Below, one piece after another: positions 9,826 to 18,234 of a stretch of 64,000 bases of DNA. The translations under genes and the position numbers were made by a program. Numbering within the stretch: position 1 is the stretch's first letter; each line of letters starts with the position of its first letter. Below the pieces are notes generated by a model. It had not been told where the DNA came from. It did not search any database and saw only the letters and a program-made list of their open reading frames with translations. This DNA is from an uncultured Chloroflexia bacterium. GTDB lineage: Bacteria; Chloroflexota; Limnocylindria; Limnocylindrales; CSP1-4. The stretch spans positions 480,001 through 544,000 of the forward strand of contig CAVVNQ010000003.1 of NCBI GenBank assembly GCA_963749705.1, read 5' to 3'.

Positions 9826-10827
9826 ATGATCGTCGTCATCACCGGAGCGTCCGCCGGGGTCGGACGCGCCACCGTCCGCGCGTTCGCCGCCGACGGCTGG
9901 GACGTTGCGCTCATCGCTCGAGGCCACGCGGGACTGGAGGCGGCAGCCGATGAGGTGCGGGCCCTTGGCCGGCGGGCGCTCGTGCTGCCACTCGACGTCG
10001 CCGACGCGGCGTCCGTGGACGAGGCCGCGGGACGGGTCGAGGACGAGCTCGGCCCGATCGACGCCTGGATCAACATCGCGATGGAATCGGTGTTCGCACC
10101 CGTGGCGGAGACATCCGCCGACGAATACCGCCGGGTGACCGAGGTGAACTACCTCGGGTACGTCCACGGCACGCTCGCCGCAATGCGCCGGATGACGGAG
10201 CGCGACTCGGGCGTCATCGTCCAGGTCGGGTCCGCGCTGGCGTACCGGTCGATCCCGCTCCAGTCCGCGTACTGCGCGACGAAGCACGCCGTCGTGGGCT
10301 TCACCGACTCGCTCCGGTGCGAGCTGATCCACGATCAGAGCAACGTGCGGGTGACGGCGGTCCACCTGCCCGCGGTCAACACGCCGCAGTTCGGCTGGGT
10401 GCGCAGCCGGCTGCCGCGTCGCGCCCAGCCGGTGCCGCCGATCTTCGCGCCCGAGGTCGCGGCGAAGGCCATCCTCGCGGCGGTGCACGATCCGCGGCGC
10501 GAGCTGTTCGTCGGCTGGCCGACGCTGCTCTCCGTCTGGGCCCAGAAGGTGGTGCCGGGCCTGCTGGACCGGTACCTCGGGAAGACGGGCTACGAATCGC
10601 AGCAGACGGAGCAGTCGCGGCCGGACCGCGCCGACAACCTGGATGCGCCGCTCGACGACGCGACCGATCGGGGCGCCCACGGACCGTTCGACGAGCTCGA
10701 GCGGGGCTGGTCGCCGGCGCTCGAGCTGTCGCTCCACCGTCGGCTCGTCGCCGGGCTGATCGCCGTCGTGGCGGCCGCTGCCATCCTCGGCTCGCGCCGG
10801 CGGGAGACGGGTCCGGCCAGGGTCTGA
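9826..10827 (+). CDS. SDR family oxidoreductase
   Basis: TGASAGVG Rossmann motif, YCATK catalytic YxxxK; GGAGG RBS. Confidence 0.92.
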   Translation: MIVVITGASAGVGRATVRAFAADGWDVALIARGHAGLEAAADEVRALGRRALVLPLDVADAASVDEAAGRVEDELGPIDAWINIAMESVFAPVAETSADEYRRVTEVNYLGYVHGTLAAMRRMTERDSGVIVQVGSALAYRSIPLQSAYCATKHAVVGFTDSLRCELIHDQSNVRVTAVHLPAVNTPQFGWVRSRLPRRAQPVPPIFAPEVAAKAILAAVHDPRRELFVGWPTLLSVWAQKVVPGLLDRYLGKTGYESQQTEQSRPDRADNLDAPLDDATDRGAHGPFDELERGWSPALELSLHRRLVAGLIAVVAAAAILGSRRRETGPARV

Positions 10828-10912
10828 TCGTCCAGGGTCACGCCGGCCGGTTCACCGGCGGCGCTCGAGCTTGCCCGCGGCCGACCAGGCCCCGGTCGCG
10901 CCTGCGGCCCGG

Positions 10913-13212
10913 TCATTGCGCCGCCGGTGTCGGCGACGGCGTCGGTGCGGGCGTGGCAGTCGGAGCCGGCGTGGGCGTCGCCGCCGCTGCCGGGGGCGCC
11001 GATGCGGGTGCTGACGGCGCGGGGGTGGGCGTGGCTGCGGCGGACGGTGCCGGCGATGGCGTGGCCGCGGCGGACGGTGCCGGGGTGGGTGTTGCCGCGG
11101 CCGAAGGCGCCGGGGTGGGCGGGGCGCCGGGCGTCGACGAGGCGCCAGGCGGCGGCGCACCGCTCGCCGGGCTGGACGGCCCCGGTGAGGCTGGCGCCGT
11201 CGAGGTGCCGGGCGTCGGCGTCGGGCTGGCGATTGCGGCCGGCAGGTTGTCGCCCACCGCCGGGAGCGGGACCGTCGCGGCCGTGCGATCCGCCTCGGAT
11301 GCGATCGCGGCCACGGTCAGGACCGCCAGCCCGGCCATGGCGAGCATCGCGCTCACCTGCAGCTGCGGCGCGCGCAGCGACCGGCCGACGCCGGCGCCGA
11401 GCTCGAGCCGTGGCCTTGGAGCGCATGGCCGCGGGTGGCCGCGTCGGGTCGCCGATCGCGAACAACGTGGCGGATCCGTAGATCAGGACGCTCCACGCCG
11501 CGAGCACCCCGATGGTGAGCGACAGCAGCGACAACCCCGCGACGACGATCGCCCACACGCCGAGCAGGATGGACATGCCGGCGAGGACGGTCTCCCAGAT
11601 GACGACCCGCAGCTCGTGCGCGATGGCCGAGCCGCGGAACTTCGGCGTCCGCAGGAAGACGCCGTGCTGCTCGATGAGGGCCCGCACGCAGGCGACGGTG
11701 ACCACGAACGACAGGCTCAGGTTGACCCGCATCGCGTCGAATGCCTCGCGCACCGCGACCCCCGTCGCCACGCGGATCCCCCACACGTACCGGGTCAGCC
11801 CGAGGACGATGTAGAACAGCGGCAGGATGATGCCCAGGCCCCACAGGCGCTGGACCACGAACGGGTGCCGGGTCGCGACGCCCAGCGCCGTCGCCATGAC
11901 GAACGCCGTGAACAGCAGCGTCAGGCCGTCGTTGAACCACCACAGCCCGCCCAGCAGGTAGTCGCGCCGCTGGCGCTGGGACAGCCTGGAGCGCGACCAG
12001 GGCGTGAGGCTGCGCCAGTGCTTCTTGAGGATCTGGACGCCCCCGAACGCCCAGCGGAAGCGCTGCTTGCGGAGCGCCTCGTAGGTGAGCGGCATGATCC
12101 CGCGGCCGTACGCCTGCGGCACGAAGATGCCCCGTCCACCGCCGCCCAGGATCCGCAGGCTGGCCTCCGCGTCCTCGGTGATGATCTCCTCGTCCCAGCC
12201 ACCGATCGCATCGAGGTCCAGGCGGCGGATGAGCCCCATCGTGCCCGCGAAGATGATCGAGTTGCGGTAGGCACGGCTCACCATGCCGACCCGGAAGAAG
12301 TACTCGAACCCCGTGTGGCAGGCACGGTAGAACGCGCTGCCGCCCCAGTCCCGGTAGTCCTGCGGCGTCTGGACGAAGGCAACGGTCGGGTCGGCGAAGT
12401 ACGGGCACCGTGGCCTTGAGATAGGCGGGGTCGACGACATAGTCGGCATCGACGACCCCCACGACCTCCACGTCGTCGGGCAGGTGCGTCCGGCCCCAGT
12501 TGAGGGCGCCCGACTTGAAGCCCGGCCAGTCCTCGAGATGGACGAACTCCACCCGGTAGCCCGCATCGCGGAGGCGGTCGCATTCGGCCGCCAGCGGTTG
12601 CCACAGCTCGGCATCGGTGGTGTTGTTGTCGAGGACCTGGACGACCAGCCGCTCACGCGGGTAGTCGATCCCGACCAGCGACCGGAGCGTCTCGATCACG
12701 AGGTCCGGCGGCTCCTGGTGGGCCGGCACCTGGAGGCACACGACCGGCCACACCGCGGGCGCTGGCGGGACCGCCTGGACCATCAGCGGCCGGCACAGCG
12801 AATCGACCACCTCGAACACGGCCGCCGTCATCAGCGCCAGCGCCGCGAACTCGATCGCGAGCAGCACGAGACCCAGCAGCAGCCCGACCGGCGAGTCGGT
12901 GAGCGCCACGGTGACGCCGACCAGGTACGCCGCGTACACGACCGTGCCGACCACCAGGCTGCCGAAGGCCGCCGCGCCCGCCGCCCACCACTCGCGTGGC
13001 GACGCAACGGCCACCACCAGGGATGCCGCCGTGATCAGCGCAGCCGGCGAGGTCGGCTCCAGCTGTCCTGTCAGCCATGCGGCGATGACACCGGGCACCA
13101 CCACGAGCGGCACCCGCCACACGCGCGCGGAGATCCGCGACCGGCCGGCGGTGAACAGGATGGCCGTGGTGAAGGCCATGAGCAGCGTCGACGGGGCGAG
13201 GCCCTCGATCAT
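10913..13212 (-). CDS. Membrane-bound GT2 glycosyltransferase (cellulose synthase-like/NdvB-type) with Pro/Ala/Thr-rich C-terminal tail; interrupted by two apparent +1 frameshifts (about 12404 and 11408)
   Basis: FKSGALN, DADY, VQTPQDY, TEDAE and QRFRW motifs are spread over three frames; removing one base at each junction gives ...KATVPYFADP... and ...RSKATLELGAG... Confidence 0.85.
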
Positions 13213-13664
13213 CGCGCTGCAGCTCCGAAACGACCGTGGCCGGCCGCCGCGGGAAGATCTCGCGGGTTCGTGTTCAAGGCGTTGCTCCCTGGCGGGTCGC
13301 TGGGGCGCCGGGTTCGGGCGCCCGAAGGTGCTGCTCATCGCTCGGCGACCGGCAGTCCCTCGACCCTAGCGGGCGCCCGGCTGCGGGCCCCTAAACCTCG
13401 GCGGGCAGGACGTGTGGGGAACCTTGCAGCCCCGGCTCCGGGCTGGCGCGGGGGTCCAGCGTGGCTGCAACCGGCCTGCAAGGCGGCGCGGGGCGCTGGG
13501 GGCGGGGCATGACCGTCCTCGCGAGAAGCCGCGGGGCCGCCGGGGCCGTGCTGCCCGGCGCGCCGGCGGCCGCGAGTGCGACGGCGCGGTGCCTCGCCGT
13601 GGAAGTCGCGACGCCGCCGACGCCCGCCGCCGGTCTCGCGACCGCCGGCCATTGAGGTACTCGC

Positions 13665-14072
13665 ATGACCACGAACGAAGACCGCACGATCATCGAGCGT
13701 CACTACGGCGAGCCACCGCCTGCCCCGGATGACGTGCCCATCGAGGCATCGCGCACCGTGGTCACGACCCAGCCGACCGCGGTCGAGATGCTGCGGCGGC
13801 TGGCCATCGTCGGCTTCGGCCTCGTCCAGCTCGTGATCGTCCTGCGGATCGTGCTGCTCCTCATCGACGCCCGCGAGGCCGCGCCGGTGGTGGCGTGGAT
13901 CATCGACATCAGCGGGACGCTGATCGCGCCGTTCGACGGCATCCTGCGCCATGACAGCCTGCGCGCCAGCGGGTCCGTCCTGGACCTGACCGCGGTCGCC
14001 GCGTTCGTCGGCTGGACGATCGCCGAGGCGGTCGTGCTGGCCATCCTTGGCGTGTTCGGCCGCGACGCGTAG
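13665..14072 (+). CDS. YggT family membrane protein
   Basis: LRIVLLLI...IIDISGTLIAPFDGI...LDLTAVAA pattern; GAGG RBS. Confidence 0.75.
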   Translation: MTTNEDRTIIERHYGEPPPAPDDVPIEASRTVVTTQPTAVEMLRRLAIVGFGLVQLVIVLRIVLLLIDAREAAPVVAWIIDISGTLIAPFDGILRHDSLRASGSVLDLTAVAAFVGWTIAEAVVLAILGVFGRDA

Positions 14073-14082
14073 GTTCAGGACG

Positions 14083-14133
14083 CGGCCCAGCCGGCATGCG
14101 GGCCGCACATCGGCCCCCCGGCATGCGGGCCGC
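14083..14133. repeat. Tandem 16-bp direct repeat (CCGGCATGCGGGCCGC x2), each copy inside a small GC hairpin
   Basis: Copies at 14091-14106 and 14118-14133, just after the yggT-like stop. Confidence 0.6.
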
Positions 14134-14227
14134 TCCGCCTCGGGCGAGCACCGTTCGTCCACGATCGGCATCATTGGCGCCACGATGACCCACCCGCTGG
14201 TCGACGTGGCGTGACAGGTCTCCGAGC

Positions 14228-15733
14228 TTGACGACACCCGGCGCGCGGCTGTCGCGGTTCCCGGCAGCGTCCTGGGCCGTCCCGTGGCCGGTGCTGCTGA
14301 TCGCGGGCCTGATGGTTGCCCTCCTGCTGGCCGTTGCGGGTCAGTACGGGTTCCACGGCGACGAGATGTACTTCGTCGTCGCGGGCCGGCACCCGGCGTT
14401 GGGCTACGTCGACCAGCCGCCCCTGACGCCGCTGCTGTCCGCCGCATCGGTGGCCCTGCTGGGGGTCTCGCCGGCCGCGGTTCGCGTGCTGCCGGCGCTC
14501 GAGATGGGAGCCGTCGTCCTGCTGATCGCGCTGATCGCGCGGGACCTGGGCGGCTCGCCGCGGGCCCAGGTGATGGCGGCGATCACGGCGGCCCTGTCCG
14601 GGTATCTCGGTGCCGGGCATCTCGACACGACCACGGAGCCGGACCTGCTCGCGTGGGCGATCGTGCTGTGGCTCCTGGTCAGGCTCCTCGCCGGCGGTGA
14701 TCGCCGGCTGTGGCTTGCGGTCGGCGTGGTGACGGGCATCGGGCTCGAGAACAAGGACACGCTGCTGTTCCTCGGTGCCGGACTCGCAGCCGGGCTCGTC
14801 CTGACCCGACGCTGGGACGTCGTGCGTTCGCCGTGGGCATGGAGCGCGATCGGGATCGCGATCGTGATCTGGGCGCCGAACCTTGCCTGGCAGGCAGCCA
14901 ACGGCTGGCCGCAGCTCACCATGGCCTCGCAGATCTCCGGCTACGCGGAGGACAACCGGGCGCAGGTCGTGCCGCTGCTGTGGCTGTTCACGGGGCCGCT
15001 CCTGTTCCCGGTCAGCGCCGCCGGCCTAGGCTGGCTGCTGCTGGCGCGCGCCGCGGTGCCATGGCGCGCGATCGGGATCGCCGGGATCGTCGCGCTGGCC
15101 CTCGTGTTCGTCGCCGGTGGCAAGGCCTATTACGCGATCGGGACCGCGTCGGTGTGGATGGCCGCCGGCGGGATCGTGCTCGACCGCTGGCTCGACCGCG
15201 GCCACCCGCGCGTGAAGGCGGCCGCCTTCGCCGTCGCCGCCGTCCTGTCCACCTCGCTCATCGTGCTGCTGACGCTGCCGATCCTGCCCCTCGCCACGTA
15301 CGCCACCACGTCGCTCCCGGCGACCGTGCCCGACACCGCCAACCAGGTCGGCTGGCCGCAGTTCGTCGCGACGGTGGAGGGCGTGGTCGCGTCCCTTCCC
15401 GCCGACGAGCGCGCTCGGGCGGTGATCCTGACCAACGACTACAGCGAGGCGAGCCCGCTCATCCTGCTCGGCACCGGGCTGCCGCCCGTGTACTCGGGTC
15501 ACAACAGCTACTGGTCGTGGGGGCCACCGCCCGACGATCGCACGGTCGTGATCCACGTCGGCGGCTGGCGGCCGGCCGACTACGGCCGGTACTTCTCCGG
15601 TTGCCGGGACGTCGCCACCATCGACAACGGGCTCGGGATCCCGAACGGCGAGCAGGGTGAGTCCGTCACCGTGTGCACCGGGCTGCGCCAGCCGTGGTCC
15701 GAGATGTGGCCGGCGCTTCGGACGATCAGCTAG
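14228..15733 (+). CDS. GT39/ArnT-like membrane glycosyltransferase
   Basis: YGFHGDEMYF, GYVDQPPL, GLENK, PNLAWQ and SGHNSYW motifs; many TM helices. Confidence 0.85.
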   Translation: MTTPGARLSRFPAASWAVPWPVLLIAGLMVALLLAVAGQYGFHGDEMYFVVAGRHPALGYVDQPPLTPLLSAASVALLGVSPAAVRVLPALEMGAVVLLIALIARDLGGSPRAQVMAAITAALSGYLGAGHLDTTTEPDLLAWAIVLWLLVRLLAGGDRRLWLAVGVVTGIGLENKDTLLFLGAGLAAGLVLTRRWDVVRSPWAWSAIGIAIVIWAPNLAWQAANGWPQLTMASQISGYAEDNRAQVVPLLWLFTGPLLFPVSAAGLGWLLLARAAVPWRAIGIAGIVALALVFVAGGKAYYAIGTASVWMAAGGIVLDRWLDRGHPRVKAAAFAVAAVLSTSLIVLLTLPILPLATYATTSLPATVPDTANQVGWPQFVATVEGVVASLPADERARAVILTNDYSEASPLILLGTGLPPVYSGHNSYWSWGPPPDDRTVVIHVGGWRPADYGRYFSGCRDVATIDNGLGIPNGEQGESVTVCTGLRQPWSEMWPALRTIS

Positions 15734-15830
15734 CCGCAACCCGGAGCGCGTGTCCTGACGCGCGAGGCGCCGCGGCAGCGCCGACCGGGGAGACCGTCCG
15801 AGCTAAAGCGGGGAGATGTGGGGCCGGCGC

Positions 15831-16334
15831 CTATCCTCCGGATGGCCGTCGCGCGATCAGCTCCGCGGTCCACTCCCGCAGCCGGCCGATGTGCTCGCCG
15901 AAGTGGTCTGCGGCGCATTTCCGGATCCACCAATCCGCCTCGTCACCCGGAAGGTCAAACGCGTGCCACGCCTCGACCATCAGCGAGCGGGCCGCGTTCG
16001 CCTGCAGCCACGCAACCTCCAACGGCTGGCCGTTCATGGCCTCGAGGAGCGCCGCATTGAGCGCGTCGACGTCGACGTCGTGCCCCTCGTAGGTGCCGGC
16101 GCTGATTCGCTCGAACTGGGCATGCGCCTCTGCGAGCCACGTCCCGAGGTGCGCCACGACGTCGCGGGCCGTCCAACCCTCGTCGAGGTAGTACCCGGGC
16201 TCGAGGCACTCGTCCGGCGTCAGCGATCGGACGAGCCCGGCGATCTCGTACCAGCCCATTCGTTCTGCCTCGATCTCGGCGCGGTACGGGTTGCCTGACG
16301 GGGTCGCATCTGGCGTCGGTCCGGGCGTGCTCAA
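15831..16334 (-). CDS. DinB/maleylpyruvate isomerase N-terminal (MDMPI) family protein
   Basis: WTARDVVAHL and C-terminal HFGEH metal-binding pattern; overlaps the rhodanese stop. Confidence 0.8.
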   Translation of the reverse strand: MSTPGPTPDATPSGNPYRAEIEAERMGWYEIAGLVRSLTPDECLEPGYYLDEGWTARDVVAHLGTWLAEAHAQFERISAGTYEGHDVDVDALNAALLEAMNGQPLEVAWLQANAARSLMVEAWHAFDLPGDEADWWIRKCAADHFGEHIGRLREWTAELIARRPSGG

Positions 16335-16702
16335 GACTTGACGAACTCACCTTCGAGGGGCAGCCCTGCGTCTTCCCAGTCCAGGAGTCCGCCGGCGTAC
16401 CTGCGCACGTTGGAGTAGCCCCGGCGCACGAGATCCCGATACAGCGCGACGCTCGACAGGCAGTCGACATGAGAGCAGTACACGACCACCTCGTCGTTCG
16501 GGGCGATCGCCGCATACAGCTCGCCGGGTGTGTCGAAGTGGAGCGAGCCCGGAATGTGCTTGGCCTCGAAGGCCCAGCGGTTGAGGGCCATGATCAGCCT
16601 CAGGTCGTCGCCCCGGTCGAGCTTCGCCTTCAGCTCCTCGCGGCTGATCGTCCGGATCGGCTCGTCGCCCAATGCGGCGCTGGGTCGGGGCTGGTCCATC
16701 AT
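16331..16702 (-). CDS. Rhodanese-like domain protein
   Basis: HIPGSL, VVVYC, YAGGLLDWEDAGLP motifs. Confidence 0.88.
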   Translation of the reverse strand: MMDQPRPSAALGDEPIRTISREELKAKLDRGDDLRLIMALNRWAFEAKHIPGSLHFDTPGELYAAIAPNDEVVVYCSHVDCLSSVALYRDLVRRGYSNVRRYAGGLLDWEDAGLPLEGEFVKS

Positions 16703-16791
16703 CGGTACCAGCATGAACATCCGGTCAACCCGGCCGTGGCTCCCGGGACCCGGGGCGAGTGACATCGAGGATCCGCCCGGCCGTCATCGGC

Positions 16792-18183
16792 TCACACGGC
16801 AACGTGCGGCGGCCGCCACCCTCCGGATGCGGCCTCGACGATCCGGGCACCCGCGAGGGCAAGGTCCTCGCGCCACGGCGGGGCGATGATCTGGACCCCG
16901 ATCGGCAGGCCCTGGTCGGACGACCCCCCGCGAACGACGACCGCCGGCCAGCCCGTCAGGTTGTGGACGTCGCTGTAGGTGTCGCCGAACCACGGCGCGG
17001 AGCTCTCGCCGTGCCGGATCGCCGGCTGGGGCATCACCGGGCAGACGATCAGGTCGACGTCCCCGACCCATCGCAGCAGCCGGGAGCGAACGGCGTCCGC
17101 GCGTTCGACGAGCTCGGTCAGCGCATCGCCCGGGAGCGGGTCGGCCGGCGTCAGCCAGTCGCGGCTGGCGTAGGAGCCCCAGCCCTCGGTCCCGGCAGAC
17201 CGGATCAGGCGCCGGAGCCAGGCAAAGCCGTCCGCCCGGATCAGGCCGTCCCAGGCCCGCCACGCCTCGTCGAGATCGGGCGGAACCTCGCGCCTGACCC
17301 GGGACCCCGCCGCGGCGAGCGCCTCGGCCGCGACCTCGACCGTGGCGATCGTCTCCCGGGTCGGTGTCCGGATGCCGTTGTCGGTGAATGCGACGACGCG
17401 CAGGCCGTCGGCGACGACGGCCGACGCATCCCCGAGGCTGACGGGCACGACATGCGGGTCGATGCCGTCCGGTCCCGCCAGGATCGGCAGCAGCAGCTCG
17501 AGATCCTCGACGCGCCGCGCGAGCGGGCCAAGCTGGGTGAACGACTGGAACAGCCCTTCGAACCCCGGCCAGTGCCCCGTCCGCGGTACCCGTCCGCTGG
17601 TCGGCTTGAGGCCGGCGATCCCGCACACGTGCGCCGGCTGGCGGATGCTGTCGCCGGTGTCGCTGCCGATGTCGAACGGGGAGCCACCCGCCGCGACGAT
17701 CGCGGCCGCGCCGCCGCTGCTGCCGCCGGGCGTCCGCTCGAGGTCGTACGGGTTGGAGGTCCGGCCGTAGACGTCGTTGTCGGTCTCGTCCGACCAGGTG
17801 AACTCGGGCGTGTTGGTCTTGCCGAGCAGGATCCCGCCGGCTGCCCTGAGCCGCGCGACGACCGTCGCGTCTCGGGTCGGGACCCGATCCCGCCACCCGA
17901 TGCTGCCCGCGGTGGTGACCACGCCGGCGGTGTCCAGGGAGTCCTTGAGCGTGAACGGGACCCCGTGGAGCGGCCCGAGCCGCGTGCCGCGCGCGAGCGC
18001 ATGGTCGGCCTCGCGGGCACGATCCCGCGCATCGCCAGCCAGGCGGACGACCGCGTTGATCGCGGGGTTGACGCGCTCGATCCGGGCCAGGCACGCGTCG
18101 ACGAGCTCCTCCGAGGAGACGGCGCGGGAGGCGATGGCCGAGGCCATCCACGTTGTCGAGGCAAGGCAAAGCTCGTCGGTCAC
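16792..18183 (-). CDS. Amidase signature family protein
   Basis: GPLHGVPFTLKD, GKTNTPE, PGGSSGG and GSDTGDSIRQPA motifs; TACCGT -10 six nt before the GTG. Confidence 0.92.
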   Translation of the reverse strand: MTDELCLASTTWMASAIASRAVSSEELVDACLARIERVNPAINAVVRLAGDARDRAREADHALARGTRLGPLHGVPFTLKDSLDTAGVVTTAGSIGWRDRVPTRDATVVARLRAAGGILLGKTNTPEFTWSDETDNDVYGRTSNPYDLERTPGGSSGGAAAIVAAGGSPFDIGSDTGDSIRQPAHVCGIAGLKPTSGRVPRTGHWPGFEGLFQSFTQLGPLARRVEDLELLLPILAGPDGIDPHVVPVSLGDASAVVADGLRVVAFTDNGIRTPTRETIATVEVAAEALAAAGSRVRREVPPDLDEAWRAWDGLIRADGFAWLRRLIRSAGTEGWGSYASRDWLTPADPLPGDALTELVERADAVRSRLLRWVGDVDLIVCPVMPQPAIRHGESSAPWFGDTYSDVHNLTGWPAVVVRGGSSDQGLPIGVQIIAPPWREDLALAGARIVEAASGGWRPPHVAV

Positions 18184-18234
18184 GACGCAACGGTACGCGC
18201 CGGCGAGCGTTGACATCGGGCGCACGATGGCGAC

